Shown here piece after piece: positions 49,376-58,705 of a stretch of 64,000 bases of DNA. Below the pieces are notes generated by a model, which had not been told where the DNA came from, did no database searches, and saw only the letters and a program-made list of their open reading frames with translations. Source of the stretch: Coxiellaceae bacterium (GTDB taxonomy: Bacteria > Pseudomonadota > Gammaproteobacteria > JAJRRL01). A program made the position numbers and the translations under genes. The stretch lies in contig JBDOIU010000005.1 in NCBI GenBank assembly GCA_047404195.1, positions 1,795 through 65,794 on the forward strand. Reading direction: 5' to 3'. The stretch's first letter is position 1. Each line of letters opens with the position of its first letter.

Positions 49376-50338
49376 GTCACTTAATACTTGTGTATATAAA
49401 TCATTTGCCATCAGCCAGTGCACACTGGCTACTGGGTGCGCTCTGTCATAGTAAAAGTATTCGTCTGCGTTCTCACATTGCCTGCCAACGATATCAATAT
49501 AATTCCCATGGTTCGTATAGCATTGGTCATCGTTCTTTAAGAGTAATGATGACTTGTTTCCCCATTTTCGCCAAGGCTTGCCATGCCGCAGTAGAGTGAT
49601 ATCAAATCGATATGGGCTATAGAAATATAAGTTTGGTGTTGTGTCACTCCATGAGTGTAGTTTGTGATTCCATCTGGAGATGGTGCGGAGTAACTGTATT
49701 TTAGCATTGGGATATTTTTTTTCAGCTTGGTTGATAGCTTCTTTTGCAAATGGAGTGTGTTGGATGGCGCGTAGACCAAATACGACAACTTTAGCAGTGT
49801 TGTTTGCAAATAAGCGATTAACATTCTTCTGGAGTTGTTTTACCTTGTTGTCAGCATACTGGGTGGGGTTAGACAGAATTTTCTTTTGTTCATCAAAAAG
49901 ATCATTCGCGCCAATAAAGATAATTGCGATGGTGTGTTCACGATGTTTTTTGGTGCTTTCTTTTAGGTATGTATTAATTTGCTCATTGAGGTCGGGCGCA
50001 CACAGTTGCCAAACTTTATTTTTTTTATGAGTATAGAAGCAGGCTTTACCGCTCAGCTTTGCTTGTCCATGTGCATAGTTGTCAAAGTTGATGTATCGAT
50101 TGGCGTTCACCATTTTTTTGACTGCTTCGGCCCATGTGATACCGTTGCTGAATCGCCCTTTGAAGTAACGTTTTCCTGGGTATGTATTTTCTGAAAGCCG
50201 GAAGAGGTTGCCATTGTCAGAGTAGCTATCACCAAATATGACGATATTATGCATGACATTATTATGTTTTTTCTTAGCCAGTACTGGTGATAGCCAGAAT
50301 GCGCAAAGCGCTAACAATACCGCTAGAATAGAACGCAT
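49364..50338 (-). CDS. Secreted GDSL/SGNH-family lipase (PlaC/PlaA-like lysophospholipase)
   Basis: Signal peptide MRSILAVLLALCAFWLSPVLA and the GDS(L) block VIFGDSYSDNGN near the N-terminus. The 3' end overlaps the convergent synthetase gene by 12 nt. Confidence 0.75.
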   Translation of the reverse strand: MRSILAVLLALCAFWLSPVLAKKKHNNVMHNIVIFGDSYSDNGNLFRLSENTYPGKRYFKGRFSNGITWAEAVKKMVNANRYINFDNYAHGQAKLSGKACFYTHKKNKVWQLCAPDLNEQINTYLKESTKKHREHTIAIIFIGANDLFDEQKKILSNPTQYADNKVKQLQKNVNRLFANNTAKVVVFGLRAIQHTPFAKEAINQAEKKYPNAKIQLLRTISRWNHKLHSWSDTTPNLYFYSPYRFDITLLRHGKPWRKWGNKSSLLLKNDDQCYTNHGNYIDIVGRQCENADEYFYYDRAHPVASVHWLMANDLYTQVLSDLLK

Positions 50339-50412
50339 AAGACCTCCTTTGTCGCGTCATTATTTAGTATAGGCTTTTGCTTGCGGTATTGCTAGCACCT
50401 TTTAGGTTATTG

Positions 50413-50757
50413 CTAACCTGGTGGCCACTTGAGCTGACGGCCTGCGAGTAAGTGCAGGTGTATGTGATACACTTCCTGGCCACCATCTTGGCGACAGTTA
50501 AAGATAGTTCTGTACCCAGATTGATCAAATCCTGCTGATTTTGCCAGATTTGCAGCACATAATATCATCTCACCGAGCAGTCCTTCGTCATTATTGTCTA
50601 AATCATTGAGCGTGGCGATATGTTTTTTGGGTATGATCAGCTGGTGTAGTGGGGCTTGAGGGTTCAGGTCATTAAAAGCAATGATTCGCTCTGATTCATA
50701 TACGATGTCGCAGGGGATATCGCGCTTGACAATGGCACAAAATATACAGTCTGACAT
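50413..50757 (-). CDS. hinT: HIT-family (histidine triad) nucleotide hydrolase
   Basis: MSDCIFCAIV... N-terminus and the histidine triad HIHLHLLAG. Confidence 0.8.
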   Translation of the reverse strand: MSDCIFCAIVKRDIPCDIVYESERIIAFNDLNPQAPLHQLIIPKKHIATLNDLDNNDEGLLGEMILCAANLAKSAGFDQSGYRTIFNCRQDGGQEVYHIHLHLLAGRQLKWPPG

Positions 50758-51289
50758 GTCTGGTCTCCATGCTGTTGGCAGATTAACAAAAATATCTTAT
50801 CCTGAACTTAACATCTTTAGCAACTGGGTACTCATGGTCAATCAGTCAAAAGCGCAGCAACTAGAGCAACTAGGCATCCCATCCTGGATTAGCCGAAGCA
50901 ACGTGGTTGCAGGGCTAGAAGCGCCTGATACACAGTTAAAGTACTGGCAGGTGCGTTCAAATGGTGCTCTCGTGGGTTGGGTTGTGGCGCATCATGATGC
51001 GCCTGAGCAGTTGTTGTCAGCCTGTTTGCGTGCGACCAAGCTGGATATTAGTGAGAGTGATAGCACTCCGGATGTCACGTCAGAATTAACGCTGTTTTTG
51101 GGGCTTGATCTGGCTCAGCTCGTCTACCCTGAGCGTCATCTCAGCGATTCAGATTATGGCATTTTTCATCTTCATGGTGGTGGTGCTTTTGCAGTGACAC
51201 AATCTGTCGTAGACATGTCCAATGATGCCTCATTAAAACGTGAAGTATGGCAGGTGCTGCAGCAGGCTATGCGCCGTTGGCAACAGTAA
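50756..51289 (+). CDS. Hypothetical protein with an uncertain start
   Basis: The 202-aa track ORF overlaps the hinT 5' end. The first ATG not inside hinT is at 50756 and shares the palindromic CATG with the hinT start. No domain recognised. Confidence 0.3.
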   Translation: MSGLHAVGRLTKISYPELNIFSNWVLMVNQSKAQQLEQLGIPSWISRSNVVAGLEAPDTQLKYWQVRSNGALVGWVVAHHDAPEQLLSACLRATKLDISESDSTPDVTSELTLFLGLDLAQLVYPERHLSDSDYGIFHLHGGGAFAVTQSVVDMSNDASLKREVWQVLQQAMRRWQQ

Positions 51290-51290
51290 T

Positions 51291-52025
51291 CTAATCATCT
51301 TCTAACTCATCAAATCGACTGGGTGGTCTTGGGGCTTCCATGACGCGTTCGGGTCCGCTGGCTGCACTCTCTATTCCAAGATGCTGCTCTACCTTTCCGG
51401 TGAATGCCTTGGCGGCTGTTTGAAACTCTGGGTTTTCAATGGCTTCTTCAGCAGATGATAGACCGGCCATGCTGGTAGCCAGCTCGCTGATGGCTTTGCC
51501 TGGGTCTGTGCTTGAGAGCTCGGCAATATCCTCTGAGCCAGTCGCCGCAGCTCTTAACCAGGGAGACTCAAGCAATGCTTGTGCCATATTTTCCGCTGTT
51601 TCCTCGGCAGATTGTTCTTCAGCCATGGCTTGTAGTATGGCTGCTTCCCGGTTAACGGCTTCTTGGATAATGAGGCTGTCTGCAGGGTTGAGTGCGATAA
51701 CGCGCGGATCAGCTGGGTTGTAGTTACGAGGATCAGCAATTTGCTTATTCAGCCACTCCTTAAACCCATCGTAGCCAGAATTTTGCATATCACTGATTAT
51801 TTTCATGATTTCAAATGAATCATTTTTAGTCATGCGACCCATCCACTGTTGCATAGTGGGTGATGCAGTTAATTTTAAGAAAAAAGCGTGGTCATTGACA
51901 GGCACATTGGCGGAAAATGGTCTATTCCTGGTTTTGGCCCGTAAATTGATTTTCATCTCCCTTGCGATTTTTTGCGCGAATACAGGGTCGATACGGTAAT
52001 TAAGATCACGTTTTTTTAATGTCAT
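51291..52025 (-). CDS. Hypothetical acidic protein with a Glu/Asp-rich C-terminus (effector-like)
   Basis: 244 aa, hydrophilic, ending ...PSRFDELEDD. No domain recognised. Confidence 0.45.
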   Translation of the reverse strand: MTLKKRDLNYRIDPVFAQKIAREMKINLRAKTRNRPFSANVPVNDHAFFLKLTASPTMQQWMGRMTKNDSFEIMKIISDMQNSGYDGFKEWLNKQIADPRNYNPADPRVIALNPADSLIIQEAVNREAAILQAMAEEQSAEETAENMAQALLESPWLRAAATGSEDIAELSSTDPGKAISELATSMAGLSSAEEAIENPEFQTAAKAFTGKVEQHLGIESAASGPERVMEAPRPPSRFDELEDD

Positions 52026-52088
52026 CGTGTTACCTCAGGCATATGTGTAAAATTTAATTATAGCATTTTATGTGGTTGTTGCCACTGA

Positions 52089-53243
52089 TTAAGTGTGCCT
52101 AATAGGGGGGTGCTTTTGAAAGTGTGCGCTGATACCATGAATGATGGCATTGGCAATTCTCTGCTGATAGCTGGATTTGGTCAGCAGTTGTTCTTCACGC
52201 CGATTAGATAGAAAGCCTGTTTCGATGAGGAGGGATGGAATATCTGGTGCTTTCAGTACAACAAAAGCGGCCTGCTCAACACGTTTTTTGTGTAAATGTG
52301 TCATGTCATCCAAGGTGTCTAGTATTTTTGTGCCGACATCGATGCTTTCTTTTACTGTCGCTGTTTGAGACAAGTCGAGTAATACAGATTTGAGTAATGT
52401 GGTTTTATCGTCAAGTTCAATGCTGCCCAACTTTTCTGAGGCATTCTCTTTCGAGGCTAGCCAGCGTGCAGCTTCACTGGTTGCACCGCGCTGCGATAAG
52501 GCGAAGACAGAGGCACCATGTGCTCGACGATTTTTAAAGGCATCAGCATGTATGGAGACGAAAAGATTGGAGTGCCATTTCCTTGCAAGTCGTAGGCGTT
52601 GTCTGAGGCTGAGGTAATGGTCATTGTAGCGAGTCAGATGTATATGGTACTGTGGCATCCTTTTCAGCCCGGCAGCAACTTTTTTGGCAATAGATAAAAC
52701 AATGTTCTTCTCGTGATTGCTGCGGTAGCCTGTTGCACCTGGGTCTTTGCCGCCATGGCCGGCATCAATAGTAACAGTGATGCTGGGCTTAAGCGGTGAG
52801 GGTGGGCGTAGGTGTAGCGGTGCCTGTTGCCAAATAACGCGCTGCCTGTGCGTGGCTGCATGTGTGCTGAGCTTGATGTTCAGCTCTTTTTTATCTGTTG
52901 AAATTGCCTTATCTATGTGTGTTTTATTGAGTGGGGTATTTAGATCAAGCACAATACGATAGCTTTGCTGCGGTTGCTTGCCTACCCTGATATGTCTGAT
53001 GAGATTTGTGCGTGCAATATTATGAATTGCTGGCTTTTGTTTGATCTCTTTCAGGTCAATAACCAGGCGGTCAGGGTTGTGTAGTGTGAATATATGTGGT
53101 TTCAGTGCGTGTTGATTGCTGAAATGAATAGACGCGTTATTGCCTTGCTGCTTGACTGTAACATTGACGGCAGCAAAGACTGCATGACAGATCAATAGGA
53201 GCAAGCCAGTTATGGTGAGTTTGGTCACTTTCAGTGCGCTCAT
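52089..53243 (-). CDS. amiC: N-acetylmuramoyl-L-alanine amidase (AmiC/AmiB type with an AMIN domain)
   Basis: Signal peptide, an AMIN domain and the catalytic block TIDAGHGGKDPGA...VSIHADAF. The start is chosen at MSALKV. Confidence 0.85.
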   Translation of the reverse strand: MSALKVTKLTITGLLLLICHAVFAAVNVTVKQQGNNASIHFSNQHALKPHIFTLHNPDRLVIDLKEIKQKPAIHNIARTNLIRHIRVGKQPQQSYRIVLDLNTPLNKTHIDKAISTDKKELNIKLSTHAATHRQRVIWQQAPLHLRPPSPLKPSITVTIDAGHGGKDPGATGYRSNHEKNIVLSIAKKVAAGLKRMPQYHIHLTRYNDHYLSLRQRLRLARKWHSNLFVSIHADAFKNRRAHGASVFALSQRGATSEAARWLASKENASEKLGSIELDDKTTLLKSVLLDLSQTATVKESIDVGTKILDTLDDMTHLHKKRVEQAAFVVLKAPDIPSLLIETGFLSNRREEQLLTKSSYQQRIANAIIHGISAHFQKHPPIRHT

Positions 53244-53434
53244 GCTATCCCGCAATTGAGAGGTTGTGATCATAAAATTTAGCATAGTTATAAAAGAATA
53301 GACAGCCATTTGTTCTAGAGTATGCCAAAAGGCTAATTCTAGTAGCACATATCGATCACCATGAGTAGTCGGGTCATACCGCAAAATCAAAAGATAGTGG
53401 CATATTTGTGATGGTCAACTGCCGTTACATTTAC

Positions 53435-53878
53435 TTACTGTGCTGCGTCAAGGCGAGCATAGAGTTGTTTACTGACTTCAATGCTGTGTATATTATCTCG
53501 ACAGATAAATGTCAACGTATGCGTTGCACGGGGTATGCTATCAGGGCAGCGGTGGGGCCATTCAATAAGCCAAATACTGTTGTCGGTATCCGTATCATCC
53601 AGCCCAGATTGACAGTAATCGATGTCATCTGCCAGCCTGTAAAGGTCGAGGTGGTGAATGTCACCCAGCACTGCTGAATAGCTGTTTATCAGTGAATAGG
53701 TGGGTGAGGTGACATCTTCAATGATTCCAAGTGATTGTATGAACCCGCGTGCAAAGCATGTTTTGCCAGCACCGAGGTCACCCACTAAGTAATAGCACTC
53801 TCCAAGCTGTGCTTGTGTCGCGACTTTGCTTGCGAATGATGTCATTTCTTTTTCTGACTGCAATATGATCTGTTTCAT
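53435..53878 (-). CDS. tsaE: tRNA threonylcarbamoyladenosine biosynthesis protein TsaE
   Basis: P-loop YYLVGDLGAGKTCFARGF. It sits next to amiC, as yjeE does beside amiB in E. coli. Confidence 0.85.
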   Translation of the reverse strand: MKQIILQSEKEMTSFASKVATQAQLGECYYLVGDLGAGKTCFARGFIQSLGIIEDVTSPTYSLINSYSAVLGDIHHLDLYRLADDIDYCQSGLDDTDTDNSIWLIEWPHRCPDSIPRATHTLTFICRDNIHSIEVSKQLYARLDAAQ

Positions 53879-53886
53879 GATCAGTT

Positions 53887-54513
53887 TTACCTTTTTTTGG
53901 ATTTGTGCCAGTATGCTGTTGGCTGATAGTGGTATTGTGTTGTCGGGGTGGCTTGTGCGAAGCGTTGTTGCCAGTTGACCTCATACAGGGATGCCAATTT
54001 TTTGCTGTGAACAATAATCACATTTTCAGCGTTGTAGTGATTGGCAGAAACGGTGAAGTTGAAGGAGCCTGTTTCCACGATTTCATGATCAATCACGATG
54101 TACTTGTTGTGTGCTATGTTAACCCGAGCATCAACTCGTACGGGTATTCTAGCGCGAATGAGGGTGGGTATTTTAGTTGTGGCATGGGGTTTAAATTGGC
54201 TTTTGTCGCTGAGCACTCGAACTTGAATGCCTCGTTGCTGTGCACGCGTAAGTGCGCGCGCTATTTTGCGAGATGTGAAGCTATAGCTCGCTACTTCAAT
54301 ACTGTGTTCAGCTTGGTTGATGCTTGCCACGATCATGGCTTCACAGCGTCCTTTGGGTGAAAAGCAGGTTTGAAAGGCTGTCTCTTGTTCAAAGTGCTGT
54401 GTCTGAGACTGTGGTTTTGCAAATCCCATCCAGACGGCCAAGTTCGCAATGATGATCAGCAGCCATTGGGCAATCAGTACTGGATTCTTAGTCAGACTCT
54501 TCACAAGTGGCAT
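53887..54513 (-). CDS. Phospholipase D / Nuc-family HKD nuclease with an N-terminal signal/anchor
   Basis: Single HKD motif HNKYIVIDHEIVETGSFNFT and a hydrophobic N-terminus (LIAQWLLIIIANLAVW). The start is uncertain; the track ORF extends to 54573. Confidence 0.65.
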   Translation of the reverse strand: MPLVKSLTKNPVLIAQWLLIIIANLAVWMGFAKPQSQTQHFEQETAFQTCFSPKGRCEAMIVASINQAEHSIEVASYSFTSRKIARALTRAQQRGIQVRVLSDKSQFKPHATTKIPTLIRARIPVRVDARVNIAHNKYIVIDHEIVETGSFNFTVSANHYNAENVIIVHSKKLASLYEVNWQQRFAQATPTTQYHYQPTAYWHKSKKR

Positions 54514-55958
54514 GTTCGTCTCCTGTTGTGATGCTGGTGATGGATGATATATCTGCTTGCTCAATCTTTTCAAAGCGCCGGGTGATTTTCTGAGATGATT
54601 TATGTACTAGCTCAACATCATTGTTAGCTTGCTGTATGTGTCGTGACAATTGATCCATACGTTTCTGAAAGCGTACAAAATCCTTGCCCAATGCAATAAG
54701 GTGATCTTGTATGATATGTACTTGCTGCCGGGTGGCTTCATCTTTAATGACGGCGCGCATTGTGGTTAGAACTGCCATCATGGTGGTCGGTGATACGATC
54801 CATACTCGGTGTTGCTGCGCAAAGTCGATTAGGTCTGCATGGTTGGCATGAATTTCAGCAAAGACACCTTCTGTGGGTAAGAACATGACTGCGCCATCGG
54901 CTGTTTCGCCGGGAATGATATATTTACTGCTGATTGCTGTGATGTGAACCTTGATATCTTGTTTGAACTGAGTGGTGATTTTCTTGAATGCTTGCTCGTT
55001 GTCACATTGCTGTAATGCCCTGAAGCTTTCGAGTGGAAATTTAGCATCGACAGATATGTTGCCAGTGGGGGCGGGTAGGTAGATGAGGCAATCCACACGC
55101 TTTCCATTGGACAGTGTATGTTGCAGTGAAAAATGATTCTCTGGTAGCATATTGTGTAGTAAGGCGCTCAATTGGGATTCGCCATAAGCACCGCGAGAGC
55201 GATGATCAACAAGCACTGTCTGTAAGTCTACGACATGTGCCGATAACTCTGTGATTTTCTGCTGTGCTGCATCAATGACACTGAGTCGTTTAATAACATC
55301 ATTGAAGGTATTCGTGGTTTTCTCAAAACCTTTCATCAGATGTTGGTTTACGGATGAAGAGATGTCTTTCAGTTGTTCTCGTAGCATCTGGTTGAGTTGG
55401 TCATAGCGCTTGCTGATCAAGTTTGTTGGCCAGCGCTGTTGCTTGCTTTACTGCCATCCTGAGTGTGGTCAAAGTCGTGGCAGATTCGATTTGTGTTTGG
55501 ATTGCGATCGCTTTGTTATCTAGGGCTTGATACGTGCTTTCTATTGAAGCCTGTATTGCTTTGAACCTATGCTGGCACTGATCTTGAATGCTACCGCTAC
55601 CTGCAGACTGCGACAAGGTGGAGTGCAATTGCTTACTCAAAAAACTCATCCCATCTTGCAGGTCCGTGTGTTGTTGTTTTTGTAATTTTTGAAAGTGATT
55701 TTGTTGCGCATCTAGGAACAATTGTATCTTTTCTTGCTGTGTATCTTGCAGTGAGCGTTGGACTTGGCTAGTGATCTTTAGCTCAGCCAGTGTCGTTGCA
55801 ATGTCTTTCTGTGAGGCTGATAATTGACGCTGTTGGCGAATAACAGCTATCAGACCTAACGTGATCAAGGTCATCATACCAAATACAATGCCAATAAGAG
55901 TGATAGACTGCATATTATTTGCCCTCTCCTGGTGCATCACAGGCAAACTATGGGCCAT
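54488..55958 (-). pseudogene. rmuC: DNA recombination protein RmuC, disrupted by an in-situ 198-bp segment identical to part of the giant gene; the N- and C-terminal parts are in different frames
   Basis: ORF 55401..55958 covers the RmuC N-terminal TM and coiled coil and ends inside the repeat. ORF 54488..55420 covers the conserved RmuC core (…RGAYGESQLSALL…DCLIYLP…VDAKFPLE…). The repeat copy is at 55410..55607. Confidence 0.6.
55410..55607. repeat. 198-bp segment identical to 46718..46915 (copy 2, inside rmuC)
   Basis: Same comparison as copy 1: 198/198 identical, direct orientation. Confidence 0.85.
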
Positions 55959-56025
55959 GGATGACAGACTGGTGAATTTATGTCAGTATGATGTTTTTTC
56001 TCTGTAATGACAACCAGGAGATGGT

Positions 56026-56901
56026 ATGTTTTCAGGTAGCATGGTGGCCTTGGTCACACCGATGCTTGCGGACGGCAGTATCGACATCCCAGCGCTGAAG
56101 CGCTTGGTGCACTGGCATTGTGAATCAGGTACCAAGGCATTGGTCGTTTTGGGTACGACAGGAGAAGCATCTAGCCTCAGCTATGAGGAGCGTCAGGTTG
56201 TGCTTGAAGCTGTCATCACAGAAAATGCTGGGCGTTTACCCGTTATTGTCGGTACAGGTACAAATAATTTACAAGTGAGCATTAAATATTCTCAGCAGGC
56301 GAAATTGTTGGGTGTGGATGCCTTGCTGGTGGTAACACCTTACTACGTTAAGCCAACGCAGGATGCTTTGGTCAAATACTATACGTCCTTGACCAGTCAA
56401 GTGAATATGCCAACGATACTCTACAATGTGCCGAGTCGTACGGGTTGCGATTTGTCAGTACAAACTGTGCAGCAGCTTGCACAGTTGGACCAAGTGATTG
56501 GCATTAAGGATGCGACAGGGCAGCTATCGCGTGTCAGTGAAATGCGACAGTTTAAGCAAGATTTCGCTGTGTATAGTGGAGATGACGCGACGGCAGCCGA
56601 AGCCATTTCAGCAGGTGCACGCGGTGTCATTACAGTCATTGGCAACCTGCTGCCGACTCAAACTGCCCAATTATGCGCTAGTGCTGCAGCACAAGATGCC
56701 AGTGTGTTGTCAGCTGTTGAGCAGGAAATTGCACCAGTTCTTAAGCAATTATCAATGCTGCCAAACCCTGTTGGTATCAAATGGATGATGTCGCAAATGG
56801 GTTTGATTTCTGATGGTATTCGTTTACCATTAATTGAGTTGGCGTCACAGTATCACAGTGACACCAAGCATGCCATGCATGCTGCCGGTTTACTCAACTA
56901 A
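56026..56901 (+). CDS. dapA: 4-hydroxy-tetrahydrodipicolinate synthase
   Basis: MFSGSMVALVTPM...VLGTTGE and the catalytic Lys region. Confidence 0.9.
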   Translation: MFSGSMVALVTPMLADGSIDIPALKRLVHWHCESGTKALVVLGTTGEASSLSYEERQVVLEAVITENAGRLPVIVGTGTNNLQVSIKYSQQAKLLGVDALLVVTPYYVKPTQDALVKYYTSLTSQVNMPTILYNVPSRTGCDLSVQTVQQLAQLDQVIGIKDATGQLSRVSEMRQFKQDFAVYSGDDATAAEAISAGARGVITVIGNLLPTQTAQLCASAAAQDASVLSAVEQEIAPVLKQLSMLPNPVGIKWMMSQMGLISDGIRLPLIELASQYHSDTKHAMHAAGLLN

Positions 56902-56912
56902 TTAACGAGGAA

Positions 56913-57479
56913 ATGATCGTGAGTATAAAAAAAGTTGTTTGTTTGTTGCCGTTAATCGCGGTGCTCTGTGGCTTTGGTAAGGGCGCACAATTATCTGGCT
57001 CACCTAAAACAACTCATCCCATTCGTCAGAGTGCATTGAATTTAAAACCCGCTGCTGCTTACTACCCGATTCCACCACTGAAGCCTGGTAGTCAACCTGC
57101 GAATAAAGATGTCAGTATTGTGCCACCGGGCCAAAATGTGGCGCCTGCTCGTCAATCAACTATATCTAACACAGTGAAAAAGACATCACAACTGTTAAGA
57201 GTGCAGGGCAGTATGGCGCAGGTGTGGCCTAAGGTGCAGCGTGCGATTGAAGCCTCTGGCTACCATATCATGGATAAGGACCGTGAGCTGGCTGCATTTT
57301 ATATCATCTTGCCCACGCATTCAGGGAAGCACCTCAGCAGCAATACACCAATTTATAAAGTACAGCTAAAGTCGTCTGCTAATAATCTTGTAAGCATTGC
57401 ATTATTGCAGCCCAATGGTCAACTCAATCAGCGTATTGCTCAGCGTGTGACGAGCCAGTTGCGTACCTTACTAAGCTGA
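56913..57479 (+). CDS. Lipoprotein downstream of dapA (short BamC-like)
   Basis: Signal peptide with lipobox LCG. It sits where bamC (nlpB) sits after dapA in E. coli, but is only 188 aa. Confidence 0.45.
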   Translation: MIVSIKKVVCLLPLIAVLCGFGKGAQLSGSPKTTHPIRQSALNLKPAAAYYPIPPLKPGSQPANKDVSIVPPGQNVAPARQSTISNTVKKTSQLLRVQGSMAQVWPKVQRAIEASGYHIMDKDRELAAFYIILPTHSGKHLSSNTPIYKVQLKSSANNLVSIALLQPNGQLNQRIAQRVTSQLRTLLS

Positions 57480-57504
57480 TATTTTACAATTTAGCTTTCA
57501 CGTA

Positions 57505-57552
57505 GCACCCAGCTGACATTCACGGTCAAAGCTGGGCATCGGTTCTTTTTTT
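57505..57552 (+). terminator. Putative rho-independent terminator after the dapA-lipoprotein operon
   Basis: Stem CCCAGCT...AGCTGGG followed by CGGTTCTTTTTTT. Confidence 0.35.
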
Positions 57553-57814
57553 GGCCAAACTGGACTCTATGTGTAAAACATGCCCAGCGTGAAAAATCGT
57601 CGGTGGCGCCATAGTGACTATTCGAGATCAGTTATTGCTTGAGGTATACAGCTTACGGGAAGGTCAGTCTGCTGCCCTTCTCACTGGGCAAGTCGCACCA
57701 AGAATTGTTATGACAGATAATAATGTATGCCTTATTTTGTGATTTAAAACTACCGGTGCCTTTCTATATTTTCTGGGAGGCATCATGCATGGCTCTATTG
57801 TAGTTTGATCATAA

Positions 57815-58705
57815 CTAATGAATAGTGGTACCATCGCCACCATTGTCTTCTTGAAAAAGTTCCTCAACTTGTGCCTTTGAGAAGTACTCATTGCTGCCAC
57901 AGTACTCGCACGTAATATGAATAGATTGCTTTTCTTCGAGGGTTTGCATCGCCTCTTCTCTACCCATGAGTATAATAGCACGACGCATTTTCTCGGTGCT
58001 GCAAGAACACTGAAAACGCAATGCTTGTTGCTCAGTGATGATGATGTCCTTGTCTTCATGCGTGCATTTGATTTGCTGTATATAATCGAGTTGCAACCAT
58101 TCTTCTTCAGTCAGCTGTACAAGCGGTGCAATGATATCACCCCAGCAGTCAGGTTCCGCTTTATGTATGCTTGCAATTTCGATTAATTTAACTTGTGTTG
58201 CATTGGCATGCAGCCTAACCCATGTTTTGTTGGTTGCGCCACTCAGTAAGTAATGTGTTAAGTCCTCCTGTAGGGAGTCTCCATTCAGCATGACGATACT
58301 TTGTGAGCCTGGAATGCCAGCGGCATTACGTTTGGTCATGATCACTTTACCATTTTCAATGAGCCAACGTCCTGTGTGTTGCGACGGTAAGGACCAGCGT
58401 GCTGTCGCACGCATATGGCCTTGATTGTTGCACTTAGCGACCAGCATTTTAATCGGTCCATCTGATTCACACTGCGCGGTGAATTCACACTGCGTTTCAC
58501 CCATGTCAGCGTTGAGCGCACTGATTGCAAGCGTATAGTTTAGGGCAATACTGACATCGCTTGGCTGATTATCTTGCGTTACCGCTACACTCACTTCTGA
58601 TAAATCAACTTCTGTGATTCTTATCCCAAGTGATGGCAAGAGTATGCTGACTCGTTGATCTGTGTGTTTCTGCATCAGATTGCCTCTGTTATGCCATGGC
58701 TTCAA
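57815..58705 (-). CDS. hslO: Redox-regulated chaperone Hsp33
   Basis: C-terminal zinc centre CxC...CxxC (FQCSCS...CEYCGS). Confidence 0.85.
   Translation of the reverse strand: MKPWHNRGNLMQKHTDQRVSILLPSLGIRITEVDLSEVSVAVTQDNQPSDVSIALNYTLAISALNADMGETQCEFTAQCESDGPIKMLVAKCNNQGHMRATARWSLPSQHTGRWLIENGKVIMTKRNAAGIPGSQSIVMLNGDSLQEDLTHYLLSGATNKTWVRLHANATQVKLIEIASIHKAEPDCWGDIIAPLVQLTEEEWLQLDYIQQIKCTHEDKDIIITEQQALRFQCSCSTEKMRRAIILMGREEAMQTLEEKQSIHITCEYCGSNEYFSKAQVEELFQEDNGGDGTTIH

Noticed and set aside
50733-50760. Shared CATG start for the divergent hinT and 50756 ORFs as a designed overlapping-start arrangement
   Set aside because: Divergent genes with zero intergenic promoter space are implausible. 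The + strand ORF more likely starts elsewhere or is not expressed, so I kept it as a low-confidence feature only.
57560-57815. Candidate small RNA in the 335-bp gap between the dapA operon and hslO
   Set aside because: I saw only weak 5-bp stems (TGCCC/GGGCA). There is no convincing promoter and terminator pair.
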